DNA from: Puccinia triticina
Taxonomy: Eukaryota
Assembly (NCBI GenBank): GCA_026914245.1
Contig: CP110439.1
Coordinates: 4,216,001-4,280,000, forward strand
DNA length: 64,000 nt
Reading direction: 5' to 3'
In this document: positions 1 through 12,712 of the stretch, in pieces
Numbering within the stretch: the stretch's first letter is position 1
Layout: every line of letters starts with the position of its first letter
Notes under the pieces: model-generated
What the model was told of the DNA's origin: nothing
What the model saw: only the letters and a program-made list of their open reading frames with translations
Database searches by the model: none
Position numbers and translations under genes: made by a program

Positions 1-785
1 CTCCGTTAACCTATTTTTTGGTTCATTAGAAATAGCTTTCTAAGCTATTTCACACTTTTTACCGCGCTTTTGATGCGCGCGCTACTGTACCGTGCTCTGT
101 CGCCGGCGTAGCTAGAAGAGCACTTGTGCTCTTGGCATCACCGAGCCTGACAGCTTCGGTTATCTTCTCCCATAACTTTTCTCTCTTCGTCTTCTTTTGA
201 ACGACGTCAACCGGGACAACAATCGTAGGGAGATCAGATTGATTTCCAGATTGGTTATTGTTGACTACTACAGAGTCTGAATCGATAATCGGCAGAACAC
301 TCGAAAGAATAGATTTGTATTGCGCGGCTGTGTCTTCTGCAGATGTAGCTCCGTTTTTATCACGTGTGTCCTCTGTATGACCTGGGGCCTCTTTATCATG
401 AAGAATAAGATCCGATTTGTTTTCAACACTATGTATGCAATCTCTACAACTCAGAGAATGCTAACCTTTAAACGCATTACTGTTGTCGCTGTCGCTGCCA
501 TCTGGGACAATCTCTATACCGATTTGATTTCCTTCTTTAGCTGTACATTCCAAAGATAATCCAAAGTTAGCTTGCCATCAACTCTGGCTGCTTTAATGTG
601 ACCCTTTGAACTAACAAATTAAGTTTGGATTGTTTATAGTGCTTGGTGGAGTCTCTTGACCTCTGTTTACGTCATCGTTCTTTGGATCACCTAGGGTAAT
701 ACCCTGTATAGCAGTGTCACTTGTCTGCGTATTCTTTGCTGCCAATCGTCGTGTTGCGCGCTTCACCATTTCATCAACCATTGTA
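1..785 (-). pseudogene. Decayed low-complexity ORF of unknown origin, possibly ORF1 of a retroelement, running off the window edge
   Basis: Codon-like stretch from MVDEMVKRATRRLAAK (about 783) interrupted by several stops; no recognisable domain. Confidence 0.25.
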
Positions 786-2079
786 AATAGTTTGAAGAGT
801 TTTGATCGAAGAAAGGTTGTCAAGTGAGAAGTGAAATCTGAAAAAGATGCGGTGCTGAGGAAGAGAAACCGCAGGATATGGAAATGAGGAAGCTGTGGTA
901 GTAAGAGCGGTAAAGATGAGGTGACACGATGATGGAGAAAAACTCAGGACAGGAGGGGGTGGGGCTGGTACTATAGGTGACCGGAAAAGCCCTGACAACT
1001 GAGCTTGGTCCCTTTGACTCAAGTCAGCCCTCCTCTGAGTTTCCTCCCGGTCTGGCCTGGCTCTACAGCTTGCGTGCTTGGACCTTGGTGACCTCCCCTA
1101 GCGGTCTGGTCACTGTCCAAGAAAAGAGGGACCTATTGTTTTCATATCCAGACAACTAAAGGACAGTGAAACAAGATATGGTGCCAGCCAACTTGAATGC
1201 TTATGCCTGGTTTGGGCCCTAGAGAAACTCCATTACTACTTAGATGGCAGTGTATTTCATGTTGTAACAGATTGCTCAGCTTTGAGATCACTGCTGAACA
1301 TGAAGACTCCCAACAGACACATGCTCAGATGGCAGATTGCCATTCAGGAATACAGAGGCAACATGACTATAATCCACAGAGATGGGAATATTCACAAGAA
1401 TGCGGATGGACTTAGCAGATGGGCCTTGCCAAATAATCCTAGTAACCCTGCTTATGACCCAGAAGACAAAGATGATGATAGATTCCCCATCATGGGCATC
1501 CATGTCTCTACTTTCAAGAATGAGTTCTTTGACTCAGTAAGAGAAGGTTACAACCAAGATAAAAACACTGCTATATTTTCTGAACTTTTGTTTAAAGATG
1601 CTAAAGATGCCCAGCTGAAAAACTCTCTACAAGATCCTTGGAGAAAGCTTTATGATGAAGGAAGATTCTCTACATTTGATGGCCTAATCCACTTCAGAGA
1701 AAAACATAATTCTGTCCTAGTCCTAGCTGACAAAGAAAGTATCAACACCATCTTGCATGAATGCCATGACAGTGTCTACTCTGGTAATCTTTCTGAAGAC
1801 AGGACATTGGAGAAAGTGGCTGATACAGCCTGGTGGGCTAACTGGCGACAAGACACTGGTGAATACTGCTCTTCCTGTGATAGATGCCAGAAAGCCAATA
1901 AAGCCACAGGCAGAAAGCCAATAAAGCCACAGGCATGAAAATTGAAGAACCTTCAAAGCCATGGGATGTGATTAACATGGATTGGGTAACTTCCTTGTCC
2001 CCTGGAGGAGCTGCTAGTTTCAATGCTTGTCTGGTAATAGTAGACAGATACTCTAAGACCCCAATATTTGTACCCTGCT

Positions 2080-3331
2080 TCACCAGGAAAAAAAAATAGT
2101 CACTTGATGGCAAGTGACATGATGCAGCTTTGGTTTCTGCTCCAGAGCTACTCCAGCGCTGCTCCAAGTCTGCTCCACCAGCACTTGTAGAGCTTGCAGG
2201 ACTGCACCAGAGCACTCAATTTGGCACAGTCAGCTGATCCTAATTTTTTCCCAGGAACAGCTGATGCTCATCATAAGCTGAGCAGTAGGCATTGACTGAG
2301 CCTGGGCCGAAGCTGAGCATTGGCTGAGCCTAAGCCACAGCTGAGCATTGGATATCACAAGCCTGAAACAAATCCAAGTGTCAGCTGGACCAAGAATATT
2401 CCAAATCTGAGCATCAGCTTAGCCAACAATGGTCCAAAGCTGAGCATCATCTTGGAAAAGGCTTGTGCAGAGCTTAGGATCAGCTGGGACAATACTGTTC
2501 CAAAGATTAACACCAGCTGGGCCAAAAATTTTCAAAAGCTGAGCATTGGCTGAGCCAATGCAGGTACAAAGCTGAGCATTGGCTGAGCCAAGGCTGTTCC
2601 AAAGCTGAGTATCAGATTTTTTGAGACTATTCAAAAGATTAATAGCACCTGAGCCAAGGCTGTTCCACAGCTGAGAATTAGCTGAGCCAAGGCTGGTCCA
2701 CAGCTGAGCATCAGCTGAGCCAAGGCTGGTCCACAGCTGAGCATCAGCTGAGCCAAGGCTGGTCCACAGCTGAGCATCAGCTGAGCCAAGGCTGGTCCAC
2801 AGCTGAGCATTGTCTTAGCCAAGGTTGGTCCACAGCTGAGCATCAGCTGAGCCAAGGCTGGTCCACAGATGAGCATAAGCTGTTACAGGAGTGGTCAGAC
2901 TCAGAATCTGAGCATTGGCTGGGCCGAGATTTATCCAAAGCTGAAAATCAGCTGAGCCAATACTGGTCCAAAGCTGAGCATTGGCTGGGCCAATGATAGT
3001 CCTAATCTGAGTCTAAGCTGAGCCATGACTGGAATAAAGCTGCAAATAAGCTGGGCCAGGACTGGTTCCAATCTGGGCAACAAAGCTGAGCATGAGCTGG
3101 GCACCAAAGCTGAGCATAAGCTGGGAGCTAAAGCTGAGTATCAGCTGACCAGAAATGGGGATCAGTGGTGCCCAGCAAAAACTGAGGATCTCCTGTGGAA
3201 ATTCTTAAACTGTTTAGATGGTGGGTAGATGGTGGGTAGATGATGGGTAGATGGTGGGTAGATGGTGGGTAGCCCGCTGGAGCTGGCATGATGTCACTTG
3301 TCATCATATGACTATTTTTTTTCCCTGGTGA
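2080..3331. mobile_element. Non-autonomous TIR element with internal 33-bp minisatellite, inserted in the integrase
   Basis: About 40-bp TIRs (tcaccaggaaaaaaaaatagtca... / ...tgactattttttttccctggtga); 3-bp TSD GCT (2077-2079, 3332-3334); removal restores [14 protein letters not shown]. Confidence 0.9.
2230..3150. repeat. 33-bp tandem array (cagctgagcatcagctgagccaaggctggtcca), degenerate toward the edges
   Basis: Near-identical units at 2650-2880; translate as (MLSCGPALAQL)n on the minus strand. A separate (gatggtgggta)x5 run lies near 3217-3271. Confidence 0.9.
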
Positions 3332-4383
3332 GCTTCAAGGATAATTCTGCCATGGACACTGCCATACTGTTTTGGAACAGAGTAATGCCTAGAACTGGCA
3401 TCCCCAGAATCATCATCTCTGACAGAGATCCTAAGTTCACATCTGAATTCTGGACTGGTTTACATAGTATGCTAGGAACCAAACTCTACTTCTCCACTGC
3501 TTACCACCCCAGACTGATTGATTAGCTGAAAGAATGATTCAAACACTGGAATATATGATCAGGAGATTTTGTGCATATGGTCTAGAATTCAAAGACAATG
3601 ATGGTTACACTCATGAATGGGTTTCACTTCTACCAATCCTTCAGCTAGCATATTGCACCAGAATACATTCAACCACTGGAAAACCTCCTGCCATCCTGGA
3701 GAAAGGCTGGATCCCAAACCTTCCCAGGAATTTCTTGAAACAAGACTCTGTAGACATTCATCCTACTGCTCTTGCCTATGGGAAAATCTTTGAGAAAGCT
3801 AGAAAACATGCTGAGCAATGCATAACATAAGCTACATCTTAAAATAAAGAAAGATGGGACAAGAATCACAAAGACCCATCCTTTAAAGTTGGTGATAAAG
3901 TCCTGATATCCACAGCAAACTTCAACAACTTGTCTGGCCCTAAGAAGATGAGAGACTCCTTTACTGGACCATTCCTTGTGAAAGCTTTACATGGAAAGAA
4001 TGCTGTAGGAGTGATTCTGACTGAAGAGTTCAGCAGGGAACATCCTAAATTCCCTGTTAGCTTGGTGAAACCATACAGAGACCCCAATCCAGATAAGTTC
4101 CCCTTGAGACAGAAAGTTAAAGTTGTTATTCCCCCCATGGATAAGACCCCTCAGAGTAAAGTCATACAGAAGATTCTCAGAGACAAGAGATTGAGAGTAG
4201 AGAACAGAGATATTATGATGTACTTGGCTAGATACAAAGGCATGAGTGCTGATCATGATGAATGGCTCCTTGAGAAGGACATTCCAGACTCTGCTATCCT
4301 TCTCAGGAAATTCAGAAGTGAGAAGAGGTCTACCCCTGTGGTTTAATTTCTTACAAAAATCCAACATTTTTGGTGGTAGGGAA

Positions 4384-5320
4384 TGTCAGCCTTAGAGTCA
4401 ACTCAGCTGACCTAAAGTCTGCCTTTTTCTACTTTTTACATATGAATTACTTCATATCTTTTTCATCTTTGGAGATAACATTGTTTTGACTTCATATTCT
4501 GTTTCCTCATTCAATTTTAACCCTAGTTACAACTTATCAATTCCGTGTAACTACACTCCTTCCCTGAGTTATTGAGTTGTGGCGCGCATGCGCAGTTGTG
4601 ACGTGTCAGTGCTACCAGGCTCGCCAAACCACATGTACATATGTAAATTACATAAGCAAACTGTGAAAATTTTCGTAGTCAGGATCCCCCTTGCCTGAGG
4701 CAGTTCTACAGACTTCAGCACACCAGAACCACACCCCAGATAACCCCAGGATCACCACCAAAGAGATTACCACGCTCCCAGTATACCTACTGTCACAGGC
4801 GCCTGGGATATTGACAGTAAGTAACCTCTTTCACTGAACCTTGTTTATCTCAGAGGTACAACTCTGTGTCTGCTTGATTTGCTCTTCTTTTGCTGGCCTT
4901 TGCCTTATCCTTGATCACAGGGCTGCCCCTGCTAAACATCATTCTTTTTCTGTGGTTTTTGTAAGAAAAAAACCACATAGGTTTCCCTTTAAAGAACCTT
5001 GACTATCCAGAAGGAAGCTAAAAAATTGTGGCTGGATTAAACTTGTCTAATCCAGAAGCCCTCCACGTTTTTTTTTGGTGAGAGGAGGCTGTTGCACTCT
5101 CTAGCACAGCTTGGCAGCACTCTTCTAAAGAGGTATCATTGCCAGTGGACGTGCATTCCCACTAGAATAACCTTGAATATCTGCTTAATCTTGAATCTGC
5201 TCAGTCTCTTTCTCTCTTTTTCTCTCTCTCTTATATTTGTAGTTTCTTTATCCCAAGAAATCCAAATATTACCCCCCATTTTCTTGTATCCTGTTGTCAC
5301 TATAGAGACTCAGGCTCACA
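4384..5320 (+). mobile_element. 3' LTR (about 940 bp) of the Gypsy element
   Basis: Purine tract ggtggtagggaa directly before TGTCAGCC; ends GGCTCACA as an imperfect inverted terminus; its 3' end is homologous to 32296-32890 in reverse. Confidence 0.75.
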
Positions 5321-6835
5321 AAGTTGACCCAAAAGGAGAGTCACACTATCATAGGAAGTTGAATTGAGTGGAGTTATGTCCATAATGGGCAAGGTGGATT
5401 CTGAAGGGGGTATTTGAAACAGGGAAAATTAAATCCGGTTGACCTGACCAATTTGGCTGGATGTGTATGAGCGTCAGACAAAAGAAGCAAAACACCACAA
5501 CGAGATCAGGGAGGGGAGCCAGAGCATGAAAGGTATAAATAGATCACAGTTTGGGTATCTTTCTCCCTCACCCTCCCCCACCTGGGCATTTTAAAGCCAC
5601 GGGGTACTTTCAATGGCAACAAGAGTTTATGGTAATAGTTAGTGGGATTCGCGCCAGCCCTATAAAAATCAAATCTTGTGTTTTTGTTTCAAAAGTAGGG
5701 GAAACCCTTGAACCGAAATTCCATGATTTATAGGTTTTATTAAACTTAGATTAAAAGCTACATCATGTCTTTGTCACAAGCTGAATGCCTCACACTATCT
5801 GAGGAAGAGTGGAGAGGTGGGAGGAATGAGGGGACTGAACCTTGGGTTTGCAGTGGCGAAGCCCCCTTTGCCTTTAGTAGCGCTAAATTAGCGGTTTTTG
5901 GGGCTGCTATGCTACACCATTTTGTAGTTTAAAGTGTATTACAGTTAACGCTAAGTGATATTCAAGAAAAAAATGTAATTTTAGCTGAAAATTACGGCTG
6001 ATTTAGCTGTAATTGGTAGCTAATTATCTTTAATTTAGTGTTAGTGTGTTTCAGCGGCTTTTTATTACAGCCAAAGATAATAGTCGGAATCATGAGCGGC
6101 CAACTATAACGCTAAAGAATCAGCGCCAGTGATTTAATTTGCGGAGTAGTTGCATTGTTGCTTCTCATGACCTCAAAGTATTGCATGCAATCAGGTTGAA
6201 TGCATCCCAGATCAACCAGGATACTCTTAAAATAGTCATTTTTTTGGTAGTGAATCTGTGTTCAATCCTGTAACCATTCAATTATTTTTAAAAACTAGAG
6301 ATATGCAGTTGTATTGGGGGTTAAGTGATAAAAATTTCAAGAGGAGAAATTTGTGAAAATAAGAGGACACTAAACAAAAATTGAAAGAGTATTATGGGAA
6401 GAATTCTGTCAAACAATTATACAGACTGAGTGAAATTTTAAATCTGGGTGCGCAATTCAATTTGGATCCATGGGCACAGGAAGAGTCATTTGCAGAAATC
6501 AACTAAGAGTTCTATAAGATACTAATGATTCAATGAGAAATATTTTTAAAATATTTATTGCAGTTAACTCCCTCTCAACCCACACATGAGTATGCAAGCA
6601 CATAATTCCTATTAGCCCATGTGAAATTGTCACACCAAATCGGCCAATGGAAAGTGCACCTGAAGTATCAATCTGTTCTTTCTCCTGAATCATCATTTGG
6701 AGAAATATGACTTGCAAGTGAGTTGTCATCATGAGTTTTCATAATATCATCAGATATTGAAGGGTGAGAATTTTTGAATTTCTCCCATGCATGTTCTGTG
6801 TAAATTATGTATTTAAGGTCGAAATCCTGTTTCAA

Positions 6836-8352
6836 TCAAGCTTTCAGAATTAAATTCATCTCTACTTCAAATAAATTGAAATAACTCACCGTAAAGTCAT
6901 CTCTAGGGACATTGTGTCTAGCATAAAAAGCATTAATACGCAATAGAAGTCCTTTTTGAAAGGTTTCCCGGTACGTGTAGCCTGGAAGTTCTCTATCTTC
7001 TTCTCTGCATATGGGGCATCTGTAATGTTCTTTTTTCCAAGGAGCTACACAATCCACATGGAATGAGTGTGTGCAAGTTCTCCATTTTTCGTTTTTGCTT
7101 TGATTCAAATCTCCAAGACAAATGGAACATGTATGTTCTTCTTCCTGGTGGACCCACATGTAAATGGAAACAAAGAAGGAGAAATAAGTTAGCTTTTTAT
7201 AATCTTTTCAATCTGGTCTCAAATTTATCACTCACATTTTTTTCTTCAATGGAAGTTGGGACATTTGCAGATGATGAGGATAGATGCTTTTTTACTTCTT
7301 GAGAGGAAGGAATGTCTCTGGGGATTCCATCAACCACATTGGAAATCTACCAATCATCATTCACATGGTATTTTTTTTGTTTTCAATATTTTTTGTTTCT
7401 GGGATGGCCTCAACCAATAAGATTACTCACTGGAACTTCTGGTAGACCATTAAGCACTGTTGATCTAAGAATATCATTTCCAGGCATTTCTTCCCCATGG
7501 AAACCCTTCAAAAACAGACAATACAATGTTTTCCTTTAATTTTCTTGTCCTGCTGGGTGGTTCAAAACAGCTGGATTACTCACCAAATCAGTTTCTTGAT
7601 CATTGCGAACTTCTGGTCCTAGAAAGCTAGTACCAGCATTTTCATTTCCATTGGAAACCTTCAAAATCCATAACCCAGATAGACTCTTTCTAAGTTTCAT
7701 TTTCCTCCTGGGTGTCTCAACTAACCAGATTACTCACCAAATTTCCAGGCTGATAATTTTGAACTTTTGATGTATCAATGGTGTTGTCTTGTTTTCTTTC
7801 ATTTCTATACGAACTCTCCAAAACCTATACATAGGTCACATGTTAGAAAATAAATGTACTGCTGTTGTATTTTTGAACGGTACATCACTCACAGAATCTC
7901 CTGGATGATTAAGCTGTGCTTTCAATCTGAATGTATTCCCAGGTAGTTCAGTATTGGTTCCTCTCTGAAAAACAAATGATTTAAATAAGAAAAAATAAAT
8001 AAGTTTTGGTACTGTCATGAATGTTATAAAAAAAAAACTGTATCTATCACTCACAGAGATTTCAGCCTGATTGTATGGCACTTTTGATCCAACAGCAGAG
8101 TCACTAGAGATTTCACATTCTTCTTGTTGATCATGGCGCAGCACATTTGATCCAACATCTGAGTCTAAATGACAGCCATCTGAGGACCCCAATTGGTTGG
8201 GAACCTCGTCCCAAAACTCTTTCCCGCGAGGCAGAGGTGCAGTGACCAATGTAACAACTTGAAGAAGCTTTAAAGAAAAAATAATTGATGTTCAAATTCA
8301 GTGTTTTCATCTTTTTGGATGTAATATAGAATCTTACCGTAATCAATCTCAT
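6836..8352 (-). CDS. 8-exon gene, about 318 aa: signal-peptide-like N-terminus, repetitive polar linker, C-terminal RING-H2 zinc finger
   Basis: Exons 8352-8338, 8267-8055, 7964-7893, 7824-7738, 7658-7584, 7505-7431, 7346-7236, 7144-6836; all GT-AG, phase 0, joining without stops. N-terminus MRLITLLQVVTLVTAPLP; RING-H2 CSIC...CTHSFHVDC...W...CPICR; TATA-like atatataagg near 8481-8490 on the minus strand. Confidence 0.85.
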
Positions 8353-8549
8353 TCTATGAATAATTGAGTTGGTCAAGTTTATTATGTAAAATAGTTTAGA
8401 GGAGTTGATAATGGTTGAGAGACTAGTAGAGTGCTAAGCGGGAATAATTTCCTCTGGAATGGAAGCCAGCTTGCGCTTGCCTTATATATTCATTACTGTG
8501 GATAGCCATACATACAAAGCCATTATCTTGATACTGGCGTTAAAGAATG

Positions 8550-9060
8550 GAACACCCTTCAACGCGACTCAGCCTTTGATGCAACACAGCCCTCAACGCG
8601 ACTCAGCCTCCGACGAGACTAAGCCTTTGACTCGGCTCAGTCTTTGGCGCGACTTGCCCTTTGAGGGGAGTCATGCTTCAAGGTGACTCATGATGCTCGA
8701 ACGCAACTCAAGAAAAAAAATCAAAGCCAAAGTATTCACAACTTGATACATGTGAAGAATCAAGTTGAAGAATTGTTGCAAGGAGAAACACACCCTTCGA
8801 CGCGACTCAGCCTTTGATGAAACTCAGCCTTCAACGCGAAGTTTGAAGAGGCTCAGCCTTCGAAAAGACTCAGCCTTCGGAGGACTCAGCCTTTGAAGAG
8901 ACTTAGCCTTTGAAGAGACTCAGCCTTCGACGAGACTCAGACTTTGCCGCGACTCGCCTCTGAGGGGATTCACGCTTTAATGCGACTTGTGATGCTTTAA
9001 CAAAACTCAAGAAAAAAAAACCAAAGCCAAATTATTTATAACTAGATACATGTTGGGAAT
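8550..9060. repeat. Degenerate 20-bp tandem repeats (cgactcagccttcga core) in two related blocks
   Basis: Repeated gactcagcctt; both blocks end in aactcaagaaaaaaaa...caaagccaaa...gatacatgt. Confidence 0.75.
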
Positions 9061-9100
9061 CAAGTACCATTTACTAACCTAGTCACTTCTTCAGGGGAAT

Positions 9101-9589
9101 CAAGAATTTAAAAGCTACGCTGCCCTGCAAAAAGCGGCGATTTTAGCGCAGCGTAGCGGCCGCCACAATAACTCCCCAGGCCAAAAAGCGGTAGCGCAGC
9201 GGGATTATCGCTGCGCTACCGCTGAAAGTAGCGGTCCCCCGCTTTTTCCCCAACCCAAAAAGCCGTAGCGCAGCGGGCAGGGCCGCTACTTTCTGCGCAG
9301 CGGGCAGGGCCACTACTTTCAGCGCAACCCAGCAGCCACCAAAAATTGCGCTTTGCTGCGCTTTTTTGGCGCGCAGCGGAGTAACGCTAGGCAGCCAGGC
9401 CAAAAAGCAATAGCGCATGGGGACCACCGCTGCGATACCCCTGAAGGTAGCGGGTCCCCGCTCTTTCTCCGAACCAAAAAGCGGTAGCGCAGCGGGAAGG
9501 GCAACTACTCTCAGTGCAGCACAGCGAGTCCATTTGCGCTGCGCTTTCCGTTGCGCTGCACTACTTTTAGTGCAGCTTTTTCAGTCTTG
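9101..9589. mobile_element. MITE, CAA...TTG termini, 7-bp TSD
   Basis: TIRs caagaatttaaaagctacgct / agtgcagctttttcagtcttg; TSD GGGGAAT at 9094-9100; the right copy is restored once the adjacent solo LTR is removed; interior rich in gtagcgcagcg. Confidence 0.75.
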
Positions 9590-9594
9590 GGGGA

Positions 9595-10147
9595 TGTCAG
9601 CGGGCTGCTGATCTGGACAGCGCAGCAACTGACAAACCCTCTCTAGATAGCGTCTCCTGAAGCCTCTACTCAAAGGAGCGCACTCAACCGCAGCTATTCA
9701 GTGGCATAGATCTGTAACATGACAAATAACATGTCACAGATTAACAGATCTGCAGAGTACAAGTAAAAGGAATTTCTCTAACTCAGAGGATTCCTCGGAT
9801 TAGATTATATCAAGCCCACCAACGTTGTAATCTTTGACACTCCTCGAACACTGCAATTGGGGCCTTCGATCCAATCTCTTTTCTTTCTTCTTCTTTCAAC
9901 CTTCAACTCTCCGACTCAACCTCGCCAATAACTGGTAAGCTTGAGTCTCCATTTCCCATATCTCATCCTAGATCCCTCTAAGGAGTGCCGCTAGCCTCTG
10001 GTCAACAGACGTCAACAGCCCCTTCTACGGAGGCGTGGTTATAACCTCCCGCAGAAGCGGTTCAGTAGAGCTACGAATTTAGTGTTGTGACAGCTATATT
10101 TCTTTACTTTATTCAGAGCGCCGTCACCAAACAGACACTCCCTGACA
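9595..10147 (+). mobile_element. Solo LTR (553 bp)
   Basis: TGTCAG...CTGACA termini; 5-bp TSD GGGGA on both sides; orientation tentative. Confidence 0.88.
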
Positions 10148-11719
10148 GGGGAATTAACCCTCCCCATATTATGATTTAGATCCATCATAGCTGCTTAAAC
10201 TTTTGAACAAGGGAAATGTTGCAGCCATCAAGGTTGTGTTTGATTTTTCACCAACAAGAGTGAATTGGCACATTCTTTCCAGAAGTAGACAGATTCCTTT
10301 GGATTTATTGCTTCTGAGAGAGGTGTTATCACCACCAGCTTCCATTACAAACTTCATGAAATTTATTGATGCAAAACTAAACTTGACATTTGTCAATTCT
10401 TTGATTAGATTACCACTGTCATCCCTCTTCCATGGTGAATATGTAGTGGAGTTGAAGTAAGAAATGAGCTCACTGAAGCCACAAAACCAACAAGGGGCTT
10501 GGGGGGGGGGGGGGGGGGGGGGGGCTTCCAGGCCTGGCTGTTGGATTACGTGTAATCTAACAGAAGGACTGTGTCCCCCTTTTTGGTTTGTGTCACTACA
10601 AACATTACTAGAGGCCAATGCGGCTGCGCCGGTGCAGAATCCACTTTCCACATTTATCCTCATCTCATGAGGAAATAAACAGTTAGGTTGAAACTCAGCC
10701 CACAATAATTTTACTTTGGATTGCCAGGGTATCATTGTTAAAGCTACTGCTATGACTACATATCCAATTACTGGATGATTAGGGTGACAGTTTTGTCCCT
10801 GGAAGCATGATTGAATTTTTTGGATATCTTGCCCAGAGGGGTTCAGACAATGGTATAATTGAATTGGATGTTATTAAAGTCTCCTAATACTGTTTATTAC
10901 TCATTCAACTGATCCAGAAAGATTTTATGACTTGCCAGATCCTAAGTCATGGTAATGTATGCTCTGGTTAATGCTTGCTGCTAGATAAATGAGAACCATC
11001 AAATTGAGTTCTCCGCTTCCACTGCCAGTCTTCTTCATTTCAATTTTTCCACAAATATTTCTTATTTTGCCTTCTCCATATTCTTCCAAGTAAATATTAC
11101 TTGAAACATAGTGCATTTGATAAATTCCATGGTGAGAAAAACAGTTTCACTTTTTGAAGACAAAATCTTTATAATTTTGGCTCTTAATAGCAGATATTTG
11201 AAAATAAATGAAGTGCAGAAAGCACAAAGATTATCTGTTCATCACCAAGAATTTTTTTCAATACTGTCTTCTGCTTCTCCATTGAAAATTTCTCAAGAAA
11301 TCTGATGGGAAAGGAGAGTGAATAAAACAATAAAAAAGTATTCAGGAAAAACCTTGCCTCATCTCAAATATTTGCACCTCAAAAAACCCATGAGAGGAGA
11401 AGTTTTCAGGTGCTGTCAAGCTGTCTCCATCTATCATTTCAACCACACACTCTGGTAAAATGTGCTTGGGGTTGGAGTACCCCCCAATCCACTCCAATGG
11501 TTCTTTGAGGCAACCACCTTGCACTCCAAAAACTTTGGTTCCATGCAATCCTTGGAGAATACACAGTCTACACACTCTAAAAATCAAGAGCATTTAGCCT
11601 GTCCCCATGAGTATTTACTTATTTCCAGTTTCACAATGTGCATGATTCTTATTGTTTCTGCAACAAAAATATCTTCACCTCCATTCAGATGTTGGCACTG
11701 AAATGTTGAAACATGATAG

Positions 11720-12127
11720 CAACAATGGGAGGTTACGCTACCTGTAACGGTAGCGTAACGAAAACGTAACGGAATCCTTGCTGTTATCGTTACCATGACG
11801 GCGGCAAAGCTTCCGTTACGTTTTCTTTAATTTTTTTCCCTCTCTTCCTAGCTTAGTTACGTTATCCCTTGCAATTATAGGAGGATAACCTGCGCAAAAA
11901 AGGGGAGTTTTCCCCCTTTTATGGCATTTTGACCTCTGGTAACGCGGTTAACGCGTTATCTCCGTTATTTTTCCGGGTATTGAGGGTGAAAAAACCCTCT
12001 GTTACGTTACCCACCGGCCCAAGGAGAAATTTTGCCAGATAACGGTAACACGTTATCTGGTAACGGTGGGAAGTTATGTTACGAAAATCCCTCTGGATAT
12101 TGTAACGTATGTAACTTCCCATTGTTG
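11720..12127. mobile_element. MITE, CAA...TTG termini, 7-bp TSD
   Basis: TIRs caacaatgggaggttac / gtaacttcccattgttg; TSD ATGATAG (11713-11719, 12128-12134); many gtaac/gttac motifs inside. Confidence 0.92.
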
Positions 12128-12712
12128 ATGATAGGGGTTTCTGTGTGAAATTGTGGGCCATCTGGAAGCTTCTTATGACTCATATCAAAAAAAATTCTTA
12201 AGGTGTGCTAGGGTTGATCAGCTCACCCTGGAAGCAGGAAGACAATCACTTCAGCAAATGTCAGGAGAGAGAGAAGAGAGAGAGAGCATACAGTTCCCGA
12301 AGCCACACAATTTACGGTGGACTCACCTCAAAGATCTGCAGTTTTAGAGCACTGCAAGTCCAGAGTAGGTCCTTGTTTTTGAGCTTCCGGAGGTCAATTT
12401 TGGGCAAGAGCTGGGACTCAAGTTGGGCAAGCTGAGCGTCAAGCTGGACCTGGAGCTGAGAAGCGTTCTGTTTGGCAGTCTTGTTGGATTTTCATCTCTT
12501 CCCTCTGCCTCCTTTTCCCCTTTTCCTTATCCAGACCTCTCACAAATGCTTGTCTCTCCTTGTTATATTTTAGATTTGGTTATGTCCTTATCTTTTTCTA
12601 GCCCAGTGACCTTGATCCTTGTCTAGAACTGTCTGTGTGCTCTCCTATCTATTGATGACCTTGTGTGCGTGTGCACTGTGTGTGATATCTTGGATGTCAC
12701 TGATTCTCTTGT

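Larger units (their letters stand above)
1130..4346 (+). pseudogene. Decayed Ty3/Gypsy (chromovirus-type) pol: RNase H, integrase, chromodomain; 5' part missing
   Basis: RNase H motifs [12 protein letters not shown]...ECLCLVWAL...TDC...NADGLSR; integrase zinc finger CHDS...CDRCQ; core [14 protein letters not shown] and STAYHP; GPF motif; C-terminal YLARYKG...DEWL chromodomain. Broken by frameshifts, stops, a 23-bp duplication near 1888-1933 and the insertion at 2080-3331. Confidence 0.92.

Noticed and set aside
2230..3150. CRISPR-like periodicity in the 33-bp array (also the 20-bp, 48-bp and 159-bp arrays elsewhere)
   Set aside because: Units are head-to-tail with no unique spacers, there are no cas genes, and the context is eukaryotic TE interior.
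10169..11350. 188-aa minus-strand ORF containing a poly-Pro run
   Set aside because: The run comes from a G24 homopolymer (10501-10524); I could not build a recognisable domain or consistent splice model.
12152..12620. Possible LTR fragment starting TGTGGGCC
   Set aside because: No matching CA end or TSD found.
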